Shown here in pieces: positions 7,895 through 17,358 of a stretch of DNA of 63,101 nucleotides. The notes beneath the pieces were generated by a model, which had not been told where the DNA came from, did no database searches, and saw only the letters and a list, made by a program, of their open reading frames with translations. The position numbers and the translations under genes were made by a program. How positions within the stretch are numbered: the stretch's first letter is position 1; each line of letters starts with the position of its first letter. Source of the stretch: an uncultured Eubacteriales bacterium (GTDB lineage: Bacteria; Bacillota; Clostridia; Christensenellales; CAG-1252); NCBI GenBank assembly GCA_902797685.1, contig CADBTQ010000061.1:1-63101 (forward strand). Direction: 5' to 3'.

Positions 7895-9595
7895 ATGCAA
7901 AAGTTTTGTGATTTGGAATACAAACGCCCCGACGTCAAAGGGTTGACCAAGCAACTCAAGGGCTCGTTGAAAAGCATCAAAAACGCCAAGAATTACGCCG
8001 AATTGCGCAAGGCTTACGTGGATATGTCGAAGGGGATGGAAGAGCCCCAGACCATGGGCGCCATCGCGCATATCCGCAACACCTTGGATATGAACGACAA
8101 GTTCTACGAAGAAGAGGTACGCTACCTCTCCACCGCCATGGCAAAGCAAGCGCTACTTGCCCAAAAGATCAACAAAGCGTTGCTTGCTTCCCCCTTCCGC
8201 AAGGAGATGGAAGAGGAGTTCGGCACCCTCTTTACCCACGATATGGAAGTCAGTCTCAAATTGATGAGCGCCAAGATCATCCCTTTGATGATCCAAGAGC
8301 AAAAGCTGACCCAACAATACTCCAAAGAAGCGGCGATGGCGACTGCCGATTTCCGCGGGGAAAAGTGCAATTTTTACGGCTTGCTCAAACACATGAGTTC
8401 CACCGACCGTGCCGAGCGCAAAGAGGCGTTTGAAAAGTGGGCGGCGCTGTACGAGTCCATCGCCCCCAAGTTGGACGAAGTGTACGACAAATTGGTGGCG
8501 TTGCGGGTCAAAAAAGCCAAAGCGTTGGGCTTTGACAACTTTATCGACTACGTGTATCTCGCTCGCCAACGCTACGATTACAACGCCAAAGACGCCGCCA
8601 AGTTCCGCGATCAGGTGCGGGACGAGATCGTGCCCATCTGCGCCAAGTTGTACGCCGAGCAAGCCAAGCGGTTGGGCGTGGACAAACTGCGTTTTTACGA
8701 CGAGTCGCTCGTCTTCCCCGACGGCAACGCCAACCCCAAAGGGTCTACGGACGAATTGGTGCAAAAGGCGTTGGAAATGTACAAAGCCATGTCCCCCGAG
8801 ACGGGCGAATTCTTTGAGTTTATGGTGCAAAACGAGTTGTTTGACCTGGAGACCAAGCCCGGCAAACACATGGGCGGTTACTGCACCTTCCTTCCCTCGT
8901 ACAAAGCGCCCTTTATCTTTTCCAACTTCAACGGCACGCCCGCCGACGTGGACGTGCTGACCCACGAAGCGGGACACGCCTTCGAGTCGTATATCTGCTC
9001 TCGCACCCAACCTTTGACCGACTTCGTGTGGTCCACCAGCGAGATCAACGAGATCCACTCTATGTCGATGGAACACTTTGCCTACCCCTACATCGGGGGC
9101 TTTGTGGGCGAAGATCAAGCGGACAAGTACCGTTACGGCCACTTGGTGGGCGCGTTGACTTGCATCCCCTACTTGGTGGCGGTGGACGAGTTCCAACACC
9201 GCGTGTTCGAAAATCCCACCATGTCCGCCAAGGAGCGCCGCGCCGCTTGGCACCGCATCGAGGAGATCTATCTCCCCTGGCGGGACTACGACGGCAACGA
9301 GTTTTTGGCGGAAGGTGGTTTTTGGATGCAAAAACAACACATCTTCCTCTACCCCTTCTACTACATCGACTACGCCTTGGCGCAGGTGTGCGCTTTCCAA
9401 TTCTTTGCCAAAGAACGCAAAGATCACAAGACGGCGTGGGCGGACTACCTCACCTTGTGCAAAGCGGGCGGCAGCAAAGGCTATTTTGACCTGCTCGAAT
9501 TGGCGCATTTGGACAACCCCTTCGCGCCCGACACGGTGGGCAAGGTCGCCAAAGAGGTGGAGCAAGCCATCGCCGAGTTTGCGAGCAAACTGTAA
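7895..9595 (+). CDS. pepF: M3B-family oligoendopeptidase F
   Basis: HEAGHAFE zinc motif, about 566 aa, overall PepF-like sequence. AAGGAG RBS. Confidence 0.88.
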   Translation: MQKFCDLEYKRPDVKGLTKQLKGSLKSIKNAKNYAELRKAYVDMSKGMEEPQTMGAIAHIRNTLDMNDKFYEEEVRYLSTAMAKQALLAQKINKALLASPFRKEMEEEFGTLFTHDMEVSLKLMSAKIIPLMIQEQKLTQQYSKEAAMATADFRGEKCNFYGLLKHMSSTDRAERKEAFEKWAALYESIAPKLDEVYDKLVALRVKKAKALGFDNFIDYVYLARQRYDYNAKDAAKFRDQVRDEIVPICAKLYAEQAKRLGVDKLRFYDESLVFPDGNANPKGSTDELVQKALEMYKAMSPETGEFFEFMVQNELFDLETKPGKHMGGYCTFLPSYKAPFIFSNFNGTPADVDVLTHEAGHAFESYICSRTQPLTDFVWSTSEINEIHSMSMEHFAYPYIGGFVGEDQADKYRYGHLVGALTCIPYLVAVDEFQHRVFENPTMSAKERRAAWHRIEEIYLPWRDYDGNEFLAEGGFWMQKQHIFLYPFYYIDYALAQVCAFQFFAKERKDHKTAWADYLTLCKAGGSKGYFDLLELAHLDNPFAPDTVGKVAKEVEQAIAEFASKL

Positions 9596-10509
9596 TGGAC
9601 AGAGGGGAATTAGCCTTTACGTTGACCCAAGCCATAGCGCGGGCGATCAACGAGGGGAGAGCGACAGCGGATCTCTCCCCTCTTTTGACGTCCACCTACC
9701 CATATCGACTGCAAGGGGACGCCAAACGGCAGTGGGAAAGACAACTCGCTTTGGGTGCGGATCGCACCCTCGTCGTGGGGATGTTTGAGGTCCTCGACCG
9801 AGTGGGGATACTGTCCGCCTGCCCCGATTGGTACTTGGACAAGTTGTTGGAGCGGGCAAAGTTACTCGACGCAGACGAGTTTGAAGCCAACCCCTATATC
9901 CGGGCGGTGGGCAAGGTGTCCGCCGCGGTAGGGGACGTGCGGCTTGGGATCGAACGATACAAGGCGGGCGAATGGCTGCAATACGATATGCCCGATCTTG
10001 AGGAGGAGGAGATCGTGCCCTACCTCGGCTTTTTCCCTCGCGCGGTGTCCTTTCCTACCGTCACCCAAGAGGGCGCGCCCTGGATGAGCGTGATCCCAAG
10101 CGAGATCAATTCGATGAAAGAGGATATTGCCCAAGCCCGTGGGCGGGTGCTCGTATTGGGGCTTGGTTTGGGCTACTACGCCTATATGGTATCGAGATCG
10201 CCCGAGGTGGAATCGATCACGGTGGTGGAAGTGCAAAAGGAAGTCATCTCCCTCTTTAACGACCATATTCTGCCCCGCCTCGACACCAAAGACAAGATCA
10301 AAGTGGTCAAAGCGGACGCTTTGGACTATTTGGAAAGGCTGACCGACGGGCAATACGACTACTGCTATTGCGATATATGGGAGGACCAAGTGGACGGCGC
10401 GGAGTACTATCTCGCCATCCGCCCGCACGAAAAGAGGCTGTCGTCCACCCGTTTTGCCTATTGGATCAAGCCCCAAATCGAGGCGTATCTCAAACTTACC
10501 GCGCAATAA
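9595..10509 (+). CDS. spermidine-synthase-like class I SAM-MTase-fold protein
   Basis: VLVLGLGLGYYA..ITVVEVQKEVI..KVVKADALDYL..YDYCYCDIW matches the SpeE-like Rossmann layout. The start overlaps the pepF stop (TAATG). Confidence 0.55.
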   Translation: MDRGELAFTLTQAIARAINEGRATADLSPLLTSTYPYRLQGDAKRQWERQLALGADRTLVVGMFEVLDRVGILSACPDWYLDKLLERAKLLDADEFEANPYIRAVGKVSAAVGDVRLGIERYKAGEWLQYDMPDLEEEEIVPYLGFFPRAVSFPTVTQEGAPWMSVIPSEINSMKEDIAQARGRVLVLGLGLGYYAYMVSRSPEVESITVVEVQKEVISLFNDHILPRLDTKDKIKVVKADALDYLERLTDGQYDYCYCDIWEDQVDGAEYYLAIRPHEKRLSSTRFAYWIKPQIEAYLKLTAQ

Positions 10510-10531
10510 GGGCAACAAATCTCAGTTTTTG

Positions 10532-10560
10532 TTGACAAACCGCCCGAAATATGGCACAAT
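10532..10560 (+). promoter_or_regulatory. candidate sigma-A promoter of scfA
   Basis: TTGACA (10532-10537), 17-nt spacer, then TGgCACAAT (10552-10560), about 30 nt before the scfA ATG. Confidence 0.45.
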
Positions 10561-10591
10561 AATTAAGTACAAAGATTTTTGGAGGTGTAAT

Positions 10592-10735
10592 ATGGAACAC
10601 ATCAAAACGATCAATACCCGTGACCTTTGCGAAAGCGCTCAAAACGGCGGCTGCGGCGAATGCCAAACCAGTTGCCAATCCGCTTGCAAAACCAGCTGCG
10701 GCATCGCCAACCAAAAGTGCGAAAACAACGACTAA
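10592..10735 (+). CDS. scfA: SCIFF ranthipeptide precursor (six-cysteine peptide family)
   Basis: 47 aa MEHIKTINTRDLCESAQNGGCGECQTSCQSACKTSCGIANQKCENND. The GGCGECQTSCQSACKTSC core is the SCIFF signature. GGAGG RBS. Confidence 0.92.
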   Translation: MEHIKTINTRDLCESAQNGGCGECQTSCQSACKTSCGIANQKCENND

Positions 10736-10744
10736 TCGTCTGAA

Positions 10745-10776
10745 AAATGCCGCCACCGCAATCGGTGGCATTTTTT
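10745..10776 (+). terminator. hairpin plus T6 between scfA and scfB (partial terminator / attenuator)
   Basis: ccaccg-caat-cggtgg stem extended by A:T pairs, followed by tttttt. Confidence 0.55.
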
Positions 10777-10783
10777 ATTACCT

Positions 10784-12160
10784 ATGATCCATCAATATCA
10801 ACAAAACGGATACAACATCGTGCTGGACGTGGCGTCCGGCTCGGTACACGCGGTCGATATCGTCGCCTACGACCTGATCGCCGCCTATCTTGGCGGGGAC
10901 AAACAAAAGGTCGTGGACGAGATCTACGCCAAACACGCCGACCAAGCCACCAAAGAAGAGATCGCCGACCTGTACGACGAAGTGACCGCTCTCAAAGAGG
11001 CGGGCAAACTCTTTGCCGAGGACAACTACGAGCGCATCGCCGGTACCCTCAAAGCCCGCACCTCGGGCGTGGTCAAAGCGCTGTGCTTGCACGTGGCGCA
11101 TACTTGCAACCTCAACTGCTCCTACTGCTTCGCTTCCCAAGGTCGCTACCACGGGGAGAGAGCGGTGATGAGTTACGAGGTGGGCAAACGCGCTTTGGAC
11201 TTTCTCGTCGAAAACTCGGGAAGCCGACACAATCTCGAAGTGGACTTTTTCGGCGGGGAACCGCTGCTTAACTGGGACGTGGTCAAACGCTTGGTGGAGT
11301 ACGCCCGCTCTATCGAAAAGGCAAAGGGCAAGCGTTTCCGCTTTACCCTCACCACCAACGGCGTGGCGATCGACGACGACGTGATCGAGTTTTCTAACCG
11401 CGAAATGAGCAACGTGGTGTTGTCTTTGGACGGGCGCAAAGAGGTGCACGACCGCTACAGAGTGGACTTGGCGGGCAAAGGGAGTTGGGACAAGATCGTA
11501 CCCAAGTTCCAACGCTTCGTCAAACTGCGCGGGGGCAAAAACTACTATATGCGGGGCACCTTCACCCACGCCAATCCCGACTTTTTGGAAGATATCAAGA
11601 CCATGCTCGACTTGGGCTTTGACCAACTGTCGATGGAGCCTGTGGTGTGCGACCCCCACGACCCTTCCGCCCTCACCGAAGAGGACAAAGCGGTGGTGTA
11701 TCAGCAATACGAGGAATTGGCAAACCTGATGATCCAAAGAGATCGAGAGGGCAAACCCTTTACCTTCTACCACTACATGATCGACTTGACAGGCGGGCCT
11801 TGTATCTACAAGCGCATCTCGGGCTGCGGCTCGGGCACCGAGTACATGGCGGTCACCCCGTGGGGGGATCTCTATCCTTGCCACCAATTCGTAGGGGACG
11901 ACAAGTTCAAATTGGGCGATATCTGGCAAGGCGTCGTCAACAAAGAGGTGCAAGACCAATTTGCCCAAGTCAACGTCTACGCCCATCCCGAGTGTCGCGA
12001 CTGCTGGGCAAGGCTGTACTGCTCGGGCGGCTGCGCCGCCAACGCTTACCACGCCACCGGCAAGGTGACGGGCACCTATCAATACGGGTGCGACCTCTTC
12101 CGCAAACGGATGGAGTGCGCCATCATGGTCGCCGTCCATCGGGAACTCAACAAGCAATGA
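10784..12160 (+). CDS. scfB: SCIFF radical SAM/SPASM maturase
   Basis: CNLNCSYCF radical-SAM cluster and C-terminal SPASM cysteines (CGSG..C..C; CRDCWARLYCSGGC). Lies immediately after scfA. Confidence 0.9.
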   Translation: MIHQYQQNGYNIVLDVASGSVHAVDIVAYDLIAAYLGGDKQKVVDEIYAKHADQATKEEIADLYDEVTALKEAGKLFAEDNYERIAGTLKARTSGVVKALCLHVAHTCNLNCSYCFASQGRYHGERAVMSYEVGKRALDFLVENSGSRHNLEVDFFGGEPLLNWDVVKRLVEYARSIEKAKGKRFRFTLTTNGVAIDDDVIEFSNREMSNVVLSLDGRKEVHDRYRVDLAGKGSWDKIVPKFQRFVKLRGGKNYYMRGTFTHANPDFLEDIKTMLDLGFDQLSMEPVVCDPHDPSALTEEDKAVVYQQYEELANLMIQRDREGKPFTFYHYMIDLTGGPCIYKRISGCGSGTEYMAVTPWGDLYPCHQFVGDDKFKLGDIWQGVVNKEVQDQFAQVNVYAHPECRDCWARLYCSGGCAANAYHATGKVTGTYQYGCDLFRKRMECAIMVAVHRELNKQ

Positions 12161-13491
12161 AAGCATCTACCCTCACCCCTATCTGTGACTTTTTGACGCG
12201 CTATCGGGACGCCGACGGCGTGCGATTGCACATGCCCGGTCACAAGGGCAAAGGGGAGTTGGGGGTGGAAAGCATCGATTTGACCGAAGTCGAGGGCGCA
12301 GACAGTTTGTACCACGCTCACGGCATTATACGCGAGAGCGAAAGGATCGCCTCAAAGATATGGGGATGCCATACCTTCTACGTGACCGAGGGGTCTTCGC
12401 AAGCCATACGCGCCATGGTTTATCTCGCCGCCTTGCACGCCAAGGAAAGGGGCAAGCACCCCCGCTTATTGGCGGGGCGCAACGCCCACAAAGCGTTTGC
12501 CTCCGCCGTGGCTTGGGTCGGCTGCGACGTGGAGTGGCTCGCAGGCGACGGCTCGTATCTCTCCTGCCCCGTCACTCCCTCTATCTTGGAGCGCGCTTTG
12601 GACAAAACGCCCGCCACCGCGGTGTATATCACCTCGCCCGATTACTTGGGCAACCGAGCGGATATCGCCGCTCTGTCGGCGGTTTGCCACCGAAAAGGCG
12701 CGCTTTTGATGGTAGACAACGCGCACGGGGCGTACCTCAAATGGATGACCCCCTCCATGCACCCTGTGGACTTGGGGGCGGATATGTGTTGCGACTCGGC
12801 GCACAAGACCCTGCCCGCCTTGACGGGATGCGCTTATCTCCACGTAGCGTGGGAAGCGCCCGAGGGCTTGGCGCAAAACGCCAAGACGGCGTTGGAGTCG
12901 TTTGGCTCCACTTCGCCGTCCTACTTGCAGTTGGCGTCACTGGATGCGCTCAACGGCAAATTGCCCGCTATGGGCGAGGATATCCGCAAGACCGCCGCCA
13001 CCCTCACCCTACTCAAAAATACCTTGCTGTACAAGGGAATGGAATTGGCGGGAGACGAACCCTGCAAACTGACCCTTGCCCCCAAGAGTTGGGGCTACAC
13101 GGGAGAAGGGGTGGCGAACATTTTGAGGGAAAGGGGGATCGAGCCCGAGTTTGCCGACCCCGATCATCTCGTGCTGATGCCGTCCGCTATGACCTCGGAT
13201 CACGACTGGGACAGGCTCAAAGAGGCGTTGCTCGACTTGCCGAGATTGGCGCCCATCGACCGCCGTCCGCCCGTAATGAAGTTGCCGCGCTTTGCTATGA
13301 GCCTGCGCCAAGCCATGCTCTCCCCTTCCGTCGAGATACCCGTATCCCAAGCCGAAGGGAGGGTGCTTGCCTATTCCACCATCGGTTGTCCGCCCGCCGT
13401 GCCCATCCTCGTGGGGGGCGAAGTGGTAGACCAAGAGGCGATCGCCGCCTTCCGCTACTACGGGATCGAGAGGATCAAAGTAGTGAAATGA
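12157..13491 (+). CDS. Orn/Lys/Arg decarboxylase-family PLP enzyme (SpeA/YaaO-like)
   Basis: N-terminal ..LHMPGHKGKG.. and SAHKTLPALTG (PLP lysine). The ATG overlaps the scfB stop (ATGA). The upstream part of the track ORF is the wrong frame over scfB. Confidence 0.8.
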   Translation: MKASTLTPICDFLTRYRDADGVRLHMPGHKGKGELGVESIDLTEVEGADSLYHAHGIIRESERIASKIWGCHTFYVTEGSSQAIRAMVYLAALHAKERGKHPRLLAGRNAHKAFASAVAWVGCDVEWLAGDGSYLSCPVTPSILERALDKTPATAVYITSPDYLGNRADIAALSAVCHRKGALLMVDNAHGAYLKWMTPSMHPVDLGADMCCDSAHKTLPALTGCAYLHVAWEAPEGLAQNAKTALESFGSTSPSYLQLASLDALNGKLPAMGEDIRKTAATLTLLKNTLLYKGMELAGDEPCKLTLAPKSWGYTGEGVANILRERGIEPEFADPDHLVLMPSAMTSDHDWDRLKEALLDLPRLAPIDRRPPVMKLPRFAMSLRQAMLSPSVEIPVSQAEGRVLAYSTIGCPPAVPILVGGEVVDQEAIAAFRYYGIERIKVVK

Positions 13492-13572
13492 CGTTGTGCC
13501 GCCAAGGTGGCATGATGCCATTGGCTCGCGCCGATATTGATGTCTTCTTTGCGCGTGCAAAGAAAAGTATGG

Positions 13573-13596
13573 AAGCCGCAAAATTGCGGCTTTTTT
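13573..13596 (+). terminator. intrinsic terminator after the decarboxylase gene
   Basis: aagccgcaa-aat-ttgcggctt hairpin followed by T6. Confidence 0.75.
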
Positions 13597-13622
13597 GACG
13601 CTTGAGTCGTCTCCAAATCAAT

Positions 13623-13654
13623 AAAAAAGCCCCGAAACTTCGGGGCTTCCTTTT
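13623..13654. terminator. bidirectional terminator
   Basis: gccccg..cggggc stem flanked by A6 and T4. Serves the minus-strand CDF gene. Confidence 0.7.
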
Positions 13655-13693
13655 GTGGGCTGTGTACTGCACCATCTACACGGCGCGCGGCGC

Positions 13694-14806
13694 TCAATCC
13701 GAGTAGTCCACGTCGTAGTTGATATGCACTTGGTAGTCGGGATAGATCAAATTGATCTCGTTTTTGATCCGCTCGCCCAAAGCCGCCTTGTCCTTGACGG
13801 CGAAGTCGCTGACCATATCGAAAGAGATGACCTTGTGTTCCAAGTCGGCATAGATGGCGTGGACGTTGATGATCTCTTCGTTTTCCTCGGCAATGCGTTT
13901 GACCAGCGCGCGGATGGCGTGTTGCTTGCCGTCCTGCTCGTTGACGGCGTAGATACCCACCGTCAAAAAGACGTGGAAGCGGTCGTACACCGCTAGCTGT
14001 ATCTTTTGGGACAAAGCGTGGATTTCATCCGCGGTCATAGCGCCGTCCACTTCCACGTGCACCGAGCCGATCGCCGTCTCGGGTCCGTAGTTGTGCAACA
14101 CCAAGTCGTATGCGCCCTGCACCCCGTCGATGGACTCCACCATCTGTCGTATCTCTTTGGTGACCTCGCTGTCGGGGCGCGCGCCCAACATTTGCCGTAA
14201 GGGCGAAATGAGGATATCGAAGCCCGCTTTGACGATAAAGAGGGAGATGATCACGCCCACAATGCCGTCGATATTGAAACCGGTGCCCATCATCACGCCC
14301 ATGGCGATCAAGGTCGAAGCGGACACGATGGAGTCGAACAAAGCGTCGGTACCCGAGCCGACGAGCGCGTCGCTTTGGTACTTTTTGCCCTGATGGCGCA
14401 CGTACAAACCCAGCAATATCTTGACGACCACGGCGACCGCCACCACGACGATACTGTACCAAGCGTAATTGGCGCCCTCGGGGGTGATGATCTTTTTGAC
14501 CGACTCCACGCCCGACACGATACCGGTCGCTAAGATGATGGCGGCTACGATGACCGCGCTGAAATACTCCACCCTGCCGAATCCGAACGGATGGCGACGG
14601 GTGGGAGCGTGATGGGAGAGTTTGATCCCCAGGATACTGACTACCGACGAGATAGCGTCGGTGAGGTTGTTGACCGCGTCCAAGACCACGGCGATAGAGC
14701 CCGCGATCAAACCGATCGCCGCCTTAAACCCCACCAAAAAGAGGTTGGTGACGATGCCGACTATCGAAGTCTTGGTGATTTGTTTTTCCCTTGTCTTACT
14801 GTCCAT
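13694..14806 (-). CDS. cation diffusion facilitator (CDF) family metal efflux transporter
   Basis: Six-TM N-terminal domain plus a cytoplasmic C-terminal domain. Sequence is typical of CzcD/YdfM-like CDFs. Confidence 0.85.
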   Translation of the reverse strand: MDSKTREKQITKTSIVGIVTNLFLVGFKAAIGLIAGSIAVVLDAVNNLTDAISSVVSILGIKLSHHAPTRRHPFGFGRVEYFSAVIVAAIILATGIVSGVESVKKIITPEGANYAWYSIVVVAVAVVVKILLGLYVRHQGKKYQSDALVGSGTDALFDSIVSASTLIAMGVMMGTGFNIDGIVGVIISLFIVKAGFDILISPLRQMLGARPDSEVTKEIRQMVESIDGVQGAYDLVLHNYGPETAIGSVHVEVDGAMTADEIHALSQKIQLAVYDRFHVFLTVGIYAVNEQDGKQHAIRALVKRIAEENEEIINVHAIYADLEHKVISFDMVSDFAVKDKAALGERIKNEINLIYPDYQVHINYDVDYSD

Positions 14807-14825
14807 ATAACCACCTTATATGCAC

Positions 14826-14849
14826 AAAGCCACCTTAGCAGGTGGCTTT
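14826..14849 (-). terminator. hairpin downstream of the PAP2 gene
   Basis: aaagccacc-ttagca-ggtggcttt. The T-run is weak. Confidence 0.5.
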
Positions 14850-14872
14850 ACAATCGCAATTCGTTGATCGTT

Positions 14873-15964
14873 TTATTCCGCTTGTTCGTTTTGCTCGCTC
14901 TCCGACAAGGGCTGCTCGCTTTCCTTTTGAGGTTGCTCCTTATCTTGAGCGGATTTGCCCTTAATGCCAAACATAGCCTTGAAGTGACTGCCCTTGCACA
15001 CGAAGATCTCTCTGCCTATGATGGCGCCCACAAACCCGATGGTACCGCCGAACAACACGTCCGAGAAGTAGTGCGCACCCGCCACGATACGCGAGACGGC
15101 GACCACGGCGACATAAGCTATACAACTGCACCACACGGCGATCTTGACGCCTTTTTTGTTGAGTTTGTCGTCGAGATAGGGGATCGCCAACAAGCTATAT
15201 ACCATTGCCGCCGAGAAGGTATGCCCCGAGGGGAAGGACTTGGCGTTGTCGGTGGCGATCGCCACGTTGTAGACCTCTTTCATCCAATCCCGCTTGCCGT
15301 TGGCGACGTACCAAGGGGTGTAAGCGTCAAAGTTGCCGACGTAATTCATGGCGCGGAAACGCACCCTGCCCACGGGGCCCTTGACGAAGTGCACGACGAG
15401 ATAGAACGCCACGGCGCAGAGGATGGCAAATGCCCACCACACCATTTTGTCGTTGACCTCGGGTTTGATATGCTTCCATGCCAAAGCGGACAGAACAGTG
15501 CCCACCGCGCCGAACACAAAGGATAGCCCGAGGATATACATACTGCCGGCGGCTTTTTTGCTCGCCAACACGTACAAAGCGTCGTCTCCCAACTGCGCGC
15601 CCAAGTACTCGGCAACGTAGGAGAAAGCGTCCTTAAACACCATCGTGATACCGCCCACCGTGAGGATGAGGGAGAAGCAAGCGGCGATACGCCATTTGCC
15701 GCCCTTACGCCATGCCGCCCAAAACCAAATGAGACCGACCACGGCGACCATCAAATACAAAGGAGCGGAGCCGATCGCCTCGAAGAAGAGGGCAAACCCG
15801 CTGTGCGAGATGTACTCGCCCGAATCCAAACTGTGTTTGGTGAGGAGTTTGCTGATCTGCAGATCGTAAAAACTCGCCAACGTCGCCAATCCCGCAAACA
15901 CCACGGCAAACAAGCACACCGCGATCCAAGACTTGGCGCGAAGGGACAAACCTTTCTTTTCCAT
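14873..15964 (-). CDS. PAP2-family membrane phosphatase
   Basis: PSGH (SFPSGHTFSAA) and SRIVAGAHYFSD motifs. AGAGGT RBS supports the ATG at 15964 (MEKKGLSL..). Confidence 0.85.
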   Translation of the reverse strand: MEKKGLSLRAKSWIAVCLFAVVFAGLATLASFYDLQISKLLTKHSLDSGEYISHSGFALFFEAIGSAPLYLMVAVVGLIWFWAAWRKGGKWRIAACFSLILTVGGITMVFKDAFSYVAEYLGAQLGDDALYVLASKKAAGSMYILGLSFVFGAVGTVLSALAWKHIKPEVNDKMVWWAFAILCAVAFYLVVHFVKGPVGRVRFRAMNYVGNFDAYTPWYVANGKRDWMKEVYNVAIATDNAKSFPSGHTFSAAMVYSLLAIPYLDDKLNKKGVKIAVWCSCIAYVAVVAVSRIVAGAHYFSDVLFGGTIGFVGAIIGREIFVCKGSHFKAMFGIKGKSAQDKEQPQKESEQPLSESEQNEQAE

Positions 15965-16001
15965 AAGACTACCTCTATAATATAGGATAACCATATTATA
16001 C

Positions 16002-16931
16002 CTATTTGACGGGGGATTTGTCAATAGTCCGCTTGATCTCGCGAGGGGACAAAACGGTCACTTTTGCCCGCATTTTGACCCAATCGGCGGCAAAACGAGA
16101 TAGGGATACCTTCTCCCCGTCCAAACACCAATCCAGTTTGGGAGCGTCGACCGTCACCTCGTCCACCTTGCGCCAAATATAGCGCGAAGTCTCCCTATCC
16201 GCTTAGACTCCTACGAAAAACACCCGAAAAAGAGGAAAGAACAATTTGATCCGAGCGCGCAATCCGTCCCGACCCGTAGACGGCAGCAACAGTAGGTATC
16301 CGCCCCCTTTCTCCTTGTCGTAGGCGCGATTGAAACGCAACCCAAAGCAGGTGGACGAGTGAATGAGCATGATCAAGGCGTACTGCCCGCAATAGGTCTT
16401 GCCGCCCGAGACGACTTGGGCGGGGATAGAGGGGACTTTGTACTCTCCCCACACCTTGGCAAGGTATGCCAGTCTCCCCCACCGCTTTTTGTCCCGCTCG
16501 CTCGCCACCCAACCCAACGGACAAAAAATGCCCGTCGCCAATACGTAGCCAAACGCCCGCTCTCCCGCCAGTCCAAGGTAAGGGGAAGCGCCCTGTTTGC
16601 CCCGCTCGTTGAGAGTGCCCATGGGGAGATAGAGTATCTCCACAGGATAGCGATACGCCCACTCTAACACCGTACTCAACGTGCCGTCGCCCCCCACGAC
16701 GAGTACCTTGTTTGAGGGGATAAAACGTTCCAACTCCCAAGGGGCGACCACTTGATACTCCCCCTTCAAATACCGTTTGCCTACCGCGTCGGGATCGACT
16801 CGGTGCGCTCTTCCCGACAGGGGATTGTACACGACGTAATCCACCCCTAAGGATATGAGCGACAAAGCAAAGTTGACATCGCGGCACCCAAACTCGCTTC
16901 GTTTCCCCTCGTCTATTGGGCAAGCCGGCAA
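16002..16931 (-). pseudogene. YegS/BmrU-type lipid (diacylglycerol) kinase interrupted by an in-frame TAA at 16203-16205
   Basis: GGDGT motif (VVGGDGTLS). The same frame continues after the TAA as ..IWRKVDEVTVDAPKLDWCLDGEKVSLS..VKMRAKVTVLSP, the family's C-terminus. Combined length is 309 codons. Confidence 0.7.
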
Positions 16932-16986
16932 AAAAGAACAAAGCGCTCCAAAGACAACGCCGACGTCTAATCAAATGCAAAACCAC

Positions 16987-17023
16987 ACAAAAACGCTCCT
17001 TCCGCAAAAACGAAAGGAGCGTT
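16987..17023 (-). terminator. intrinsic terminator after the DUF1292 gene
   Basis: aacgctcctt..aaggagcgtt stem with a T-run on the minus strand. Confidence 0.75.
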
Positions 17024-17045
17024 CGTACTTGTCTCTCGGGTCGTA

Positions 17046-17351
17046 TCAATCCTCGGCTTGATCGTACTCGTCCAACAATTTGTCGTACTCGGCAAACACT
17101 TGGTCGATGATATCGTCGTCCAACACCAGTTGGAAGTTGTCCCCTTCCTCGCCCTCGGTCACTTCAAAGACCAGCGCCTCGTCTTCCTCCATGCCGTCCA
17201 ACAGTTCCACGGGTTGCAGAATGCTGTAATACTTGTCGCCCAAGCTGATGCCCGCGATCTCGATAAAATCCACTTCTTCCCCGTCGGGACCCGCCAAGGT
17301 CAACACGTCTTCGTTGTCTTCGTCTACCACAAACTCTTCTCTGTCGCTCAT
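17046..17351 (-). CDS. DUF1292 (UPF0473) family protein
   Basis: Acidic small protein, ..GEEVDFIEIAGISLGDKYYSILQP... GGTGAGGA RBS supports the ATG at 17351. Confidence 0.8.
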   Translation of the reverse strand: MSDREEFVVDEDNEDVLTLAGPDGEEVDFIEIAGISLGDKYYSILQPVELLDGMEEDEALVFEVTEGEEGDNFQLVLDDDIIDQVFAEYDKLLDEYDQAED

Positions 17352-17358
17352 AATGTCC

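Noticed and set aside
11647-12156. N-terminal 170-aa extension of the decarboxylase ORF (track 11647..13491)
   Set aside because: It lies out of frame over scfB and gives an Arg/Pro-rich nonsense translation. The ATG at 12157 begins the conserved MKAS..LHMPGHKG N-terminus and overlaps the scfB stop.
16195-17049. Alternative-frame 284-aa ORF over the lipid-kinase locus
   Set aside because: Its translation is Arg/Gly-rich with no motifs. The other frame carries GGDGT and the family's C-terminus.
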